64,000 nucleotides of DNA from the human T2T-CHM13v2.0 reference genome, Homo sapiens. The notes beneath the pieces were generated by a model, which was given only the letters and a program-made list of their open reading frames with translations, was not told the origin of the DNA and ran no database searches. Location: contig CP068257.2 of assembly GCA_009914755.4 (NCBI GenBank), forward strand, positions 16,608,001 through 16,672,000, written 5' to 3'. The translations under genes were made by a program, and so were the position numbers. Below are positions 1 through 13,499 of this stretch, piece after piece; the stretch's first letter is position 1, and each line of letters starts with the position of its first letter.

Positions 1-55
1 GTTTTATAACTCTTTCCCAAAGATGGCAGTATCTGTTACATTACCTTTATAAAAG

Positions 56-700
56 GTAATGTATTTTATATATATATATAAAATATATGTATAATACATA
101 TATAATATATATAATACATATATGTATATATTATATACATATATATGTATAATACATATATGTATATATTATATACATATATATGTATATATTATATACA
201 TATATATGTATATATTATATACATATATATGTATATAATATATACATATATATGTATATAATATATATGTATAATATATATGTATATATGTTATATATAA
301 TATATGTGTGTATATATGTATATGTGTGTATATATGTATGTATATTATATATGTATGTATATTGTATATGTATGTATATATACATTGTATATGTGTATAT
401 ATATGTATTGTACCTATAATATAATACATATATATGTATAATACATATATATGTATACATATATATTATGTATACATATATATGTAATATATACATATAT
501 GTAAATATATATTATACATATATGTATTTATATATAATATATATATACATAATATTAATATATATAATATTATATATATTATATATAATTTACTATATAT
601 AATATATATATAATAAAATATATATATATAATAATATATATATAATAAAATACATATATAATAATATATATATATATAAAGGAGTCCAAGGTTAAAATTC
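56..700. repeat. Long TA-rich complex simple repeat ((TATATG/TATACA/TA)n), ~640 bp
   Basis: tatatatatatataaaatatatgtataatacatatataatatatataatacatatatgtatatattatatacatatatatg... continues to ~700. The six-frame ORFs in this region are low-complexity artifacts. Confidence 0.9.
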
Positions 701-2869
701 AGAAGATGCACTCACAAACAATTTTTACTATTTACAACAACTTTCTGTGTCAGGAATTCATATACAAGTAGATGGATGTGTGCGACTCTAGGATGAGAGT
801 GTTTCTTTTACTATTTTAACATATTCCTCATGATATAACACAGGATGACAACTTGGCTAAAGTTATACTCTTTGTAATGTGGAATGCATTCAATTTGGAT
901 CTAGTTTGTTTTATTTGGAAAATAAAAAGACTAGATAAAAATTTATTAAAGGCATATATGGTTTGAAAATCTGAGACAGAGGCAACATTAATTCTTATTT
1001 AAATATTTGTAACAGAAAATCTAATTCTGTTTAGAAACAAGCTCTCAATGCACAAGCCTTGCTTATATTAGCCACCCAATAATCAATAACAGATTAATGC
1101 TTATGATTCTGACATAGATAACATGCACAGTGTTTGTGTTCATCAATCCCTTTTGTTCATGAAATATTTCACCTTTATATTAGGTTTGAGACATATGGAG
1201 ACAGCATAGAAACCTGGTAAAAGCATGGAGTGTAGAGCCAGATGGCCTGGTTTCACAACCCAGCTTCAGCACTTGTGAGCTGTGTGAACTGCCCTCTTTG
1301 CCTCATTTTGAAAACAGATAAGAGCACCTATGTCATAGGATTGCTAGGAATATTAAAAAGGTTCAAACACAGTTATGCAGATTGTGCACTGTGTCGAGGT
1401 ACAAGCCAAAGAGACAGGAGAAGGAGCTCAGCTTGGCAAGCCCAGTGCCTGTAGCTCAAGCTACCTAGAGGCAAAATCAACTTTTTCTAGTTGAACAGTC
1501 TATAAGAGGGACCTTTCTGCCATCTCTCACCAGGAGAGGTCGTCTTTTCCCAATTTATCCCAAAGCATGGATTGTGGTAGAAATGAGGTGCTACATTCTA
1601 AATTATTGCTAAATTTGAGGCTTTTATTATTAGAATCATTACTTCTATAAAACTCATAACTGGTCTCATTATTTAAGTAAGAAGACTGAGGCCAGGGGTG
1701 ATTAAATAATCTCAAGTACCCAAAGTTCAAGTGTAGAGTTTGGTTTCAAAGCTAATTCATTTTGATTGGCTACATGAACTCTTAAGTCACAATGATACTT
1801 GGTTTACTACTTATTATTCTAATCTCCATTGTAAATATTCTGATTTTTTAAAAAAATAGTCTCATGCTCTTCTCAGAAAGCTTACGCATTTTCCAACTGG
1901 AAAAGTAGGGCTTGCTGCTGCTGCCACCATCCAGAAAATGACCACAACCTACATTTATAAACTTAATTTAAAATTATAAATAAAATTATAAATAAATTTG
2001 TTTATTAATGTAAGAAAATAGACTCCAGCTATAGTGCACTATGCAATTAAGTACATTATAAAATCTCTGTTGTAAAAATAAAAGTTTATTATAATAAAAC
2101 TCTTTATAAGAAAAAATTTTAAGAAGTTGGTGTAACATTGAATGCTGAACGCAGAACACTTGAACACCAGTCATTTTCTTTTTAGTTCAAAAGTGTTGGC
2201 ACTGGTATCACAGTCCTTGCTGCACTGTGTATGGTAGTATCAACATATTTATCAGTGTGATTGTGAGGGGGGTAAGAAGAAATTATGAAAAAGAAAAAAA
2301 TATCTTGTGTGATTCTAATAAAACATTCTAAGTTAATTCAGTCTGATTTGGGGAATATTTACCATGTGGATGCTCTTTTTTACTTTTTTTTGCAACTAAT
2401 GGTAGATCATAATTGAACAGCAGGAATTTGTAATATGTCTTTTATATTTTTATTGAAAAAGTGATATAAATTCAATATTCATCTAATATTAATAATATAT
2501 AATTATAGCGTGAGATATTAGAAAATATTTATTATTTTCATAACTAACTGAGCACTCAACTATCAGAAAATAAACAAATATAAGCAAAAAGAAAACCAAA
2601 TTATAGATCCTTTCTGCTCAGAAAGAAAAAGCAAACTACCCTGACTTCATGAGTTTGGCCCCACTTTATATCATTGCCAAGAGCATTTAAACCTCTGCCA
2701 ATAGTTAGCTCTATAGAAATTTTAATGGCTAAGGAAAAAGACAAAAATCATCTACTTATTCATGGAAAGAGTGATGAAATCTTTGTTGTGACAGTGATAG
2801 GAGTGTTAATAATAATAACTTTCTCTAAATAAAAGGGCCTGTTTATTTATGTAGCTGTGTGTGAAACTA

Positions 2870-3610
2870 ATAAGGATGAATATTTCTTTTATATAAAATA
2901 AATGTATTTTATTTATTTTAATATATAAAATATGTATTTTATTTATTTTAATATATAAAATAAATGTGTATTTTAATATATAAAATACACATTTATTTTA
3001 TTTATTTATTTTAATATATAAAAATACATATTTATTTTATTTATTTTAATTATTTATTTAATATATAAAATAAATATTTATTTTAATATATAAAATAAAT
3101 ATTTATTTTAATATATAAAATAAATATTTATTTTAATATATAAAATAAATATTTATTTTAATATATAAAATAAATATTTATTTTAATATATAAAATATTT
3201 ATTTTAATATATAAAATAAATATTTATTTTAATATATTAAAATAAATATTTATTTTATTTATTTATTTTAATATATAAAATATTTTATTTATTTATTTTA
3301 ATATATAAAATATTTATTTTATTTATTATTTTAATATATAAATATTTATTTTATTTATTTATTTTAATATATAAAATATTTATTTTATTTATTTATTTTA
3401 ATATATAAAATATTTATTTTATTTATTTATTTTAATATATAAAATAAATATTTTATTTATTTATTTTAATATATAAAATAAATATTTTATTTATTTATTT
3501 TAATATATAAAATAAATATTTTATTTATTTATTTTAATATATAAAATAAATATATATTTTATTTATTTTATTTATTTATTTTAATATATAAAATAAATAT
3601 TTATATACTT
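2870..3610. repeat. AT-rich minisatellite. The core is 25-bp tandem units aatatataaaataaatatttatttt (perfect array ~3060-3240), flanked by 30-35-bp variant units (tatttatttattttaatatataaaata...). About 740 bp in total.
   Basis: Direct reading shows >=7 perfect 25-mers between 3061 and 3240 and ~15 variant units up to 3600. It lies within CHODL intron 1. Confidence 0.9.
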
Positions 3611-3685
3611 TATATAAAGAAGCCTCTTTTATATAAAAGAAATATTCTATAAAATATTTCTGTAAAAATTCAGTGCAATCTATAC

Positions 3686-3775
3686 GACAAACCTCCATGA
3701 CACACATTTACCTATGTAATAAACCTGCACATCCTACATATGTACCCGTGAACTTAAAATAAATGCTTAAAAATC
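3686..3775 (+). mobile_element. L1 (LINE-1) extreme 3'-terminal fragment
   Basis: acaaacctccatgacacacatttacctatgtaataaacctgcacatcctacatatgtacccgtgaacttaaaataaat resembles the canonical L1 3' terminus ...catatgtaacaaacctgcacgttgtgcacatgtaccctagaacttaaagtataat. Confidence 0.7.
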
Positions 3776-3848
3776 CAGTGCAGAAAAACTTACATATTTA
3801 AATACTTTTTAGATTTAAAAATTAATTAGCTCCTAGTGCACATCTAGC

Positions 3849-3930
3849 AAATAAATTATCTTGGATTTTATTTTCTCAATATGTTTGTAGAGAAATTATC
3901 TTGAATTTTATTTTCTCAATATGTTTGTAG
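3849..3930. repeat. Tandem duplication of a ~41-bp unit attatcttg(g/a)attttattttctcaatatgtttgtaga
   Basis: Two adjacent copies (3849-3889 and 3891-3930) differ at one position. Confidence 0.85.
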
Positions 3931-6900
3931 AATCCTGGGCAGATCTTTTCTCTCTCTTGTAGATAAGCCCACAGTAAAAGGATGTCTTCAATTGCAGATG
4001 CTAGTTGACATTTAGTAATTTATAGTTCGACGGCATAAATGTAAGCTTAGTGTAATAGAACCCGTTATATGGTTCTCTGAATCCTTATCTATCCCATAAA
4101 ATGTTGATGGAAGATTTTATCTGAACATAACATTTGAAAATAAGAGACAGAGAAATTCTCCACGTTATCTCACAGAATGAGACGAGGGGTAATTGTAATT
4201 GTTCTCTAGGAAAATTGGCTTTTACAGAAGTGGGAAAGTTGCTTCCAGAAGATCTGCATTAACAAAACTTTTCTGGGAATTAGGGCAACATTTGTTTCCC
4301 AGCTGTTGGAGTTTCACTGCATTAGTAGCCAAATGTGATCAGCTGAAAGAGTGGTGAGACGTTCAATAGCTGCTGCTTCTGATGATTTTGCTGCAACTTG
4401 GACCAAATTTGCACGATAAGGTGGAAGTCAGTAATAAAATAGAATTGAATGTAAAGAAATTCAGTGTCAGCTTTAACTGACTGTATATAAACCCATAAAA
4501 ATTGTGCAATATATTTATAATTTCCTGAAAACTGCCTTGCTAGATCTGAACTGTTAGTGACTTTTCAGTTCAAACTCTGTAGACACAGCTGATGATCAAA
4601 CTTTAGAGTTAATAGATCTGTTCCAGTTGACGGTGGGCTGCTGTCTTGATGCCCTGAGAGTCTCCCGACCGTGCAGCCATCACAAGCTCCACTCCCTCAA
4701 GCAGGACCGGAGGACTGCTCTATTATCCACAACCAGAGACACAGCCTGGCACAGAGAGTGTCAAGCTGTCTATCGTCCAGGGTCTGGACAGCACTGATTG
4801 TTAGTTATTTTAAATATAATCTCTCTCCCTAGGTTTTTTTCTTTCATTATTATTATATCTGTATGAACTAACATAATGGTGTTAGAAATTTCCACATGAA
4901 ACCTAAAGCTCTCATGCATTTAATTAGAAGTACTATCTTAATTTTATGAGTTAATTTACATCACCATTTCTGTATGCTCATCATGAGTAAATCTGTGCTG
5001 CATTTATTTTTTAATATATCAGGGATAATGAACAGTGACTTTTAGCATATGCATCATACCCAGGAATTCCCTGAATGTTTGGGGCTTTGTTACATATAAC
5101 AAACTTTTTACTCACTGAAAGGTCTGGCTATTCTGTTTTGTTTTTTTTTAATATGACATTTTTTGACATCTTGCAAAACAATCTTCTTAGGGAAATTTAA
5201 TATTTCAAAAGTGCTGGGATAAAATCCAAGGCAGAAAGTTCTTGGAGTGAAAAATCGAACAAGTTAAAAACTCAAGGGAATGTAATTAAGATATATTTGG
5301 ACACTTAGAACTATGTAAAGGATGTAGTAGATGAAAATGGAAACCGCATGCTTCTAAATACAGTCATGAAAATACAAGCTTAATGGCATTGTTAGGCTCT
5401 GACTGAGAACAACCATTTTAAATGATGAAATCATCACAAAACTTAGTAATATATTAGGAGAAATTTTAAAATAATACATTAATTTTCAGAGTCAACCATT
5501 GGGGCTTTCTGTTAATTTGGGACTTTCATGATCATCTCTCAAAGAATATTTATTTTCAGGCTGATTTGTCCTCCTGAAGTTTCTCTAACTTATTTCCCAT
5601 GGTCATTCATACTAATATGTTCTTTTTCATTAACAATTTGGGCAGCCTGTTAATTTGTTCAGATTTTTTAGTGTGTTGCTGCTGGGTCCAGATCACGGTC
5701 ACGAAACAGAGGGAACAACTCTTGGCTTGCTTGCATTGCCAGAACTACTATTTTATGATTGGTTGTTCTCAGTTTGTGTCAAGATATTGAATGCCTATCA
5801 CTCAAACACTGTTGAGAAGTTAATGACCTTCCACTGATTTCTGTGCCTTTCTCCCTCTGAGTGTCATCATAGGTCATTAACTGCTGACTCCAGAAAGGAA
5901 TGGATATGATACACTGGCTCAGTGTGATGTACTGTAATTAAAGTACAAAGTTTGAATGCTTTTTTTTTTTTGCCAGTATTTAAATACAAGAATCTCCCCC
6001 ACCCCCAGAAATCCCTGACTACTGACAACTTTTATTGATAGGCTACACAATTAAATACATAGTAGAAAAGGCCATAAATACCAACAGGAATAATGTTAAT
6101 GGAGATGAATTGTAAGAAAGTAGAGAAACTATTTCCTAATTTCTTAGCATAAAGTAATTTGTCTAAATTTTACATAAAGTAATTGACAGTCTATTTTCCA
6201 GGTCCAAATCTAAGCTAAAATAGGGCAAGACTCAGAAAGTAGAAGAGGCTATGGACTATGGAAAGCAGTCTGGGCATAAGAAATAGTAACAGAGAGGGAT
6301 CCTTGGCGGTTTTAAAAGTTGACAGCAGAGAGCAGAGGTGAACAAAAGCAGAAGCAGTGAAAATCAAAACAAGACAGAATGACCATTCTGGAGATTGTTT
6401 ATAATCTTGCCATACATTCTTAGTGGTAAACAAGGGTGAGTGTAGACAATAGAACAATAGAAAGTCCATTGCTTATAGAACTAGCTAAATCCTATACACC
6501 GTAATATCCTTGACATCAATCTATTTATATCTGTTTATCGTCTGTCTATCTATCTAATCTGGCATATATATGTAAATATAAATATATACGACTTTATTAT
6601 GACCTGATATGCATATTTGCAGTTATTTCACTTGATAATTAGGAAAATTAGCACTGCTTAACATGTAGAGGTATGCGAAATTTAATTTTGAGATTTTTTT
6701 TTCAAACTCTTTTTGCCTATGTGTTTAAGACTTCACAGATGTTATTAGAGCAGAATTTCATTATGACGTCTCAAAAATTCTTTTAAGCTTGTTTGTGATT
6801 CTAGCCAATATCTTGAAATAAATTGATTTTCAGTATACTACAAATAATGACTTTATTGGGTATAGTATAGACTGTACATAATCAATAGATGTCAGGATAG

Positions 6901-8330
6901 GTGGTTAGGTGGTTAAATGGAATGCTGTAACATGAAAACCTTTAAGATACAGGTTTAAGATAAAAAATAGATTTTAAACTTCCCTTCCAAATTCAGAGTA
7001 TTCTATGTATGTATTTATAGATTTTAGATATTTGGTTGGTCCTAATCTTTATTCCTGAAGAAATATGTAATAAAACCACCAGTAGTAAGATTAACTACAG
7101 AAAAAGGTGAATTTAAATGAATTTGTATTTAAGTTTAACAAAATTCTGAGTTAGGGAAGGTTTAAAAAATGTAATACTATTACTTTCAAACTCATAAACG
7201 AATGAATGGAACATTTCTAAGGTTAAATTAGAGGAAGACATTGTTATTTCATATGTGTTTAATATATAAGTAGAGCCTCTAAAGCTGAGAGAAATAATTT
7301 GTTTTCAAGTCTGCTAAATGTTTATTACCTTAATTGTTTTGAGCTAATAATTTAACTGTCTTTGAAAGACCAGTTTGGCCAAATTTCAGCCTACTCAGGT
7401 CTCCATCCAAATTGTAAGAAATTGACAACAACCATTGATAAGATTTTACTAGCTCTTTTATTTCATGATATATTCATTCCACTGTTCTCTAAGCCATCAT
7501 TTTTTTCACATTTAAAGTATATTCCTTTTTTTAAAAAAGTACTTAATTCTTTAAGTTCATAGTTGGGAGATTTTAATTTGCAATTTATCACTTATCAGAG
7601 ATGTCTCTGTAAAATGAGAGAAGACATTGGCCTAGGAATTGGAGTTTACACACAATATCTCCCCAAAGACCCCAGAAAATACTCAAAAAATTGGTAATGA
7701 GATTTTTTCAGAGATAGTGAGTACTTTAGAACTCTATCTTGTCACTTCCAATGTAATATTATATTAATTAATCGTTTATTACTACCAATTACCTTCATTC
7801 TGTCCCCTTTTAACTTTCAATTTTAATAGATTTGTTTCGGGTATAAAAAATGAAAGCAAATATTTATACCTTAAATCTGCCACTTTGTATCTTCTTCAGA
7901 ACACCTTACATAAAATTGTTTCATTATATATTACTTGTTTTTGATAATTAATTTGCTTTATGAATTGTTATTCTTCTTTCATTAAGTTTTAGCTCACTTT
8001 ACTATACACTCCTGAAATTCCTTTAGCTATTTTCATTTGCTTTGTTAATTGGTTTATAAAATCTAAGCCAGAAGAGTTATAACTTCCCTTACAAACCTTG
8101 CTTGAAGTACTGGGTTTAAAAGTTTATGTTGCAAGTTTACGAGGGAATAAATTTGCTTTTACAAATTGCAAGCAATAGGCTAGAAAATAAACTTTATGAA
8201 ATAATTCAGTGGGAGAAGCATTTCTGGTAATGTATTTTCTGCTTTGACTGGTTCTTACATTTTGATTCTTAGTGTTGTTACAAATAGAGTTCCGATTATC
8301 AATATATGGGCATCTTTTTTTTTTTTTCAG

Positions 8331-8640
8331 GCCAAAAGGTGTGTTTTGCTGACTTCAAGCATCCCTGCTACAAAATGGCCTACTTCCATGAACTGTCCAG
8401 CCGAGTGAGCTTTCAGGAGGCACGCCTGGCTTGTGAGAGTGAGGGAGGAGTCCTCCTCAGCCTTGAGAATGAAGCAGAACAGAAGTTAATAGAGAGCATG
8501 TTGCAAAACCTGACAAAACCCGGGACAGGGATTTCTGATGGTGATTTCTGGATAGGGCTTTGGAGGAATGGAGATGGGCAAACATCTGGTGCCTGCCCAG
8601 ATCTCTACCAGTGGTCTGATGGAAGCAATTCCCAGTACCG
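8331..8640 (+). CDS. CHODL: Chondrolectin coding exon (C-type lectin domain, N-terminal part). Translates GQKVCFADFKHPCYKMAYFHELSSRVSFQEARLACESEGGVLLSLENEAEQKLIESMLQNLTKPGTGISDGDFWIGLWRNGDGQTSGACPDLYQWSDGSNSQYR.
   Basis: Acceptor follows a poly-T tract ending ...ttttcag|gcc at 8329-8330. Donor is cg|gtgagt at 8641. The exon is 310 nt, entering in phase 2 and leaving in phase 2. Translation matches the human chondrolectin protein sequence as I recall it, exactly over 103 aa. The six-frame ORF 8306..8644 covers it. Confidence 0.95.
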
Positions 8641-8791
8641 GTGAGTATGGATCTTGAGCAGTTGGCAGGTGCTCTGGGGAACTCCAAAGATAGAGGGAGG
8701 ACTCTGTTACCTGTAGAGGATGTCAGAGTAGGACAGGCAGAATCATTTAGTAGGCATGTATCTGAGTGTTCCTATTACTCTCTGTTTGCAG

Positions 8792-8949
8792 AAACTGGTA
8801 CACAGATGAACCTTCCTGCGGAAGTGAAAAGTGTGTTGTGATGTATCACCAACCAACTGCCAATCCTGGCCTTGGGGGTCCCTACCTTTACCAGTGGAAT
8901 GATGACAGGTGTAACATGAAGCACAATTATATTTGCAAGTATGAACCAG
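8792..8949 (+). CDS. CHODL: Chondrolectin coding exon (C-type lectin domain, C-terminal part incl. WND and CxxxxC motifs). Translates NWYTDEPSCGSEKCVVMYHQPTANPGLGGPYLYQWNDDRCNMKHNYICKYEP.
   Basis: Acceptor is tctgtttgcag|aaactgg (AG at 8790-8791). Donor is ccag|gtaagc (GT at 8950-8951). The exon is 158 nt. The split codon cg+a gives Arg, joining QYR to NWY as in CHODL. At the 3' junction the trailing g plus ag of the next exon gives Glu. Confidence 0.95.
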
Positions 8950-11220
8950 GTAAGCAGTAGCAAAAGAAGGTATAGAAGATTTTGTGCATGTTTAATTGTA
9001 TTAAGTTTTGTCTTTAATTTTGACTACCTGTGGCTCTTTTTGTTTTTCTGCTGTGAAATAGAAAATTACCTTGCAGTTTCTCATATCACTCGTGTAATGA
9101 AGCATATCATATGCTGTAGAGCAAACTGTCCAATGAGCTCAAAGAAGAGAGTAAATAAAAACAGCTGGAGAGATGTCTTTAAGAAAAAATAATCATTTCT
9201 TACAATAAAACCAAATATTTTTGTAAATAGATTTTATAAACAATAAATATTTTAAAATATTTTAAACATTACTATAATATGTGGGAAGTAGATGTAAGTT
9301 ACCAAAGCACCTATAGACTTACACATGTGAGCAGCACTTCTTTATCTGACTTTAAGAGAACAAAGCACTTTCTCCTGGATCATTTGCTTATCATTTTATG
9401 GTATAATACTTGACATGTGGTACTCAGTAAAAAGAAGACTGTCATAGCTCATTGCCCCATAGTGGAAAAAAGTAGGAAGATGTGACTCGTTCTCCCTATG
9501 ATTCCTATTCTTGAAATATGTCTCCTCAGTTAGCTTTCTTTTGAAATCTCCCACTACTTGTCATATGCAGCAAATGGGAATCTTACATTGACTTGAGCTA
9601 TACTGGCATGGGTTCTGGATTTAAAAAATAGTCCATTTGAATTACTTTAACTAGGACGGATCGTCTGAATTCATATTTGACTGAAAGAGGGACTAATACA
9701 AACTCTGTGGACTCATTTTTTAAAATCATCTAGAAAGTCAAGTTAGATCCTTAGGCTTTGAGATTTTTTTTGCTGTTTTTCTCCTCCTCAGTGTTTGGAA
9801 GTGTCATTTTAACTCTTCTGAAGAGGTGTCTGCTTGAACTCATAATACGTGTTCACAGAAGGCAATTATAGTTGAGTACTGCTGCTTCCATTATTCTCCT
9901 GAAATTACATGATTCTTTTTCTCATAATACCAGAAAACACAAGGGATTATTTGGATTAGACTTACCCTTCTCTTACATTTATCCTGCTCTTGAGTGTATT
10001 AGCCACCTTTTTTTTTATCCCTGGTGAGTTTATTCTTTAACCATCTTGGTTGCTAAACCCGTCATTACCCTCCTGGAAGTCTTTGCAAAGCTGAATCTGT
10101 TATGCGCTTATGTCCTCTATTTTTCTCTTGGAGAAATATAAAGTTGAAATCCTCTGATATTTTAAATTTGTGACATTCTATGTACTTAAGACTACTGGAT
10201 AATACAAGTACAATATTATGCATTATTCTTAATATTACATTATCGCCTTCTCCTTTCTTTTGAGTTCAAAGGTCAACTATTTGACCCTTCATTGTATTAT
10301 ATTTATTTTATTTTTGCATCAAAATTTATGCCATTATTTAGGACACTGTAAATCTTACAATCTTCTTTACTTGTTTATGTATTAGGTAATCTAGGTTTAC
10401 ATTACTCATGCAAGAGCATTTATGATATAAAATTATTCTTTCTTTATCTTCTCCATTCTACCCAAATCTTCAAATAATCTATATTTATTAAAATATTATT
10501 TTATGTAGTTTTTGTTTTGAAGCACATTCACGGGTTTACTGTTGGCCTTATTAATGTGCTCAGGATTTTTATTTTTTATTTCATGATTTAATCTTTTTTG
10601 TCTTTTTATTTATATTTAGTTAACCCTCCTTGAGCTTAGTGTCTGCTTAGTAAAGGATGTTGGTTTGATTAAATTCCTTGGTTATGTAATCAGTGCTTGA
10701 TTTTTAGTGATATTTTGCATAATATTTATATTATTTGTTTAAAAATACCAGTTGACTAGGCATAGAGTGACTAAGTTCTCTAGAAGAGTAGGTATAGTCT
10801 AGGACTGAATCTGAAACCCAGAGGAGGCTATTAAAATGTCAGAGTTAAATCTGTGTACAAGAGTAACAAATATTTCTACAGAATGGATTATGATTAAACT
10901 TCCAACAAAGGGGGACTCTGTGACATTTTAAGGCAATGTAAGAATGGTAAACATTAAATTAAAATTCTTCTCTATCCTGAAGACTATATAAGAACATGGG
11001 TTCTTATTTCAATTGATAAAAGTAGAGAGTTACACTTTTGGAACAAATGGAAACAAATTTACAGGCTTTTTTTTAAATAATTCAATTTATTTTCATTGAA
11101 TTATTGATTTAACAAATAGTTCCTTAAGGAAAAGAAAAATAGAAAATAGAGCAATACGAAATCATGACAATAAACTTCAACAATTTTAAAGTGTGTAGCA
11201 AGAGAAAAAAAAGCCAGGAA

Positions 11221-11375
11221 TAATAGTTAATGGATGCTGGGCTTCATACTTAGGTGATGGAATGATCTGTGCAGCACCGCACCATGGCACACGTTTACCC
11301 ACGTAACAAACCTGCACATTCTGCACATGTACCCCTGAACTTAAAAGTTAGAAGAACAATAAAAAATAAAGTGTG
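11221..11375 (+). mobile_element. L1 3'-terminal fragment
   Basis: ggatgctgggcttcatacttaggtgatggaatgatctgtgcagcaccgcaccatggcacacgtttacccacgtaacaaacctgcacattctgcacatgtacccctgaacttaaaagttagaagaacaataaaaaataaag. Confidence 0.8.
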
Positions 11376-12021
11376 TGGAAATTGAAGAGACATCTATAAA
11401 ACTAGGGAAAGAAACAACTTGCAAGCTTTAATTTAGTGTTATTATTATTATTTTTAAAAGTAGACACTATTGGAAAGCAAATCTAAGGATGGCATTGTAT
11501 ATGCAGAACAGAAATGTGGCTTAGAACGTTGTTACTTGAATCATCAATTCCAAATGCAATCCACATACAGTCATCTGCTGATTATTATTGCAAGGGGAAA
11601 CCCAAATAATACACTGATATTAGTAAAGAAATTATCTTGCTTGTCTCTGAACTGCATTTAATATATCACACTCTTACGTTTGCCAATTCTTGGTTATCCT
11701 TGCTTAACTTTGTGACTGGTCCGCCATTATTGCCTGCAGCAGGCTATCATCAGCACAGACCCACTGTTGATTGCTAATTGCAATTTGGAGTTTTAAGGGA
11801 GAACATATCAACTCCATCTTTTATTCAAAGAGAATTAAATGTTGACTTTATAGTTAGGTAATTTCATGTAAATTTAAATTCAGAATGTATTTTATTAGCT
11901 GTAAGCTGTTCAGAAATCAAAATTGTGATGTTTTTATTTTATAATATAATTTCATATTTATATATATTTTCAATTCTCTTGTTTAATCATTATATATGAT
12001 GGTGGTTCTTATTATTTACAG

Positions 12022-12108
12022 AGATTAATCCAACAGCCCCTGTAGAAAAGCCTTATCTTACAAATCAACCAGGAGACACCCATCAGAATGTGGTTGTTAC
12101 TGAAGCAG
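12022..12108 (+). CDS. CHODL: Chondrolectin coding exon (extracellular stalk). Translates EINPTAPVEKPYLTNQPGDTHQNVVVTEAG.
   Basis: Acceptor is tatttacag|agattaat (AG at 12020-12021). Donor is gcag|gtaatt (GT at 12109-12110). The exon is 87 nt. Phases connect to the flanking exons: g+ag gives E, and g+gt gives G. Confidence 0.93.
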
Positions 12109-12321
12109 GTAATTACTTCATGTGTCTTTAACTTCATCAAGAACTGAACTGTACTTTCAAACGCTGCTTCATGTTGACCCCAGTGAAACTTGTCTTGCCT
12201 GGGGAAGTGGTTCACTAAGTATGGTCCTATGGACATTTACTTTTGAACTAGGTTAGAAAAAATTATGCTAAGCTAGTATTTGAATAGAAAAACCTGTTTT
12301 GTTTTCTTCAGAGTGGTACTA

Positions 12322-12690
<369 letters not shown>

Positions 12691-13109
12691 GAACTTTGGA
12701 TCTACAAGAAATTTCTCTAACAACATGTAGGCGTCATGATGCAAATTGGCACATTCAGTGGAGAGCAAACAGGGGTGGGCTGGTAAATGTTTAGGGATTG
12801 GTTGGATCCTTAAATTGCTTGAAGTCAAACAGGAGTGGGAGGAAACAGCAAATTATCGCTCAGATACCCTATTGCTCATGAGTTTGTCTTCTGTTAACAA
12901 ATGAAGTGATGCGCAGTTAAATGTAGATAAAAGCTTTATCTACATCTGGTCCACTTTGACCAGAATTATTCAGATTAGTCATGATGATGACTTTTAATTT
13001 ACAAGCTAAATGCATAGTTCTTGAATTTGCTTTTTTTGCATAGACATGATATTAAGGCTTAGTGCTTTTCACTTTTCAGGTGCCTGGTTTTAAAACCATT
13101 CAGAACATC

Positions 13110-13499
<390 letters not shown>

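Noticed and set aside
169-711. Several 80-90-aa six-frame ORFs (for example 183..419 +, 215..496 -) rich in Y/I/C/T/H.
   Set aside because: They lie entirely within the (TA/TATATG)n simple repeat. They are low-complexity translation artifacts, not genes.
8457-8963. Antisense ORFs overlapping CHODL exons (8457..8687 -, 8775..8963 -) and the + ORFs 8641..8841 / 8941..9192 reading into introns.
   Set aside because: They are frame artifacts of the CHODL exons and their flanking introns. The splice-aware reading fully explains this region.
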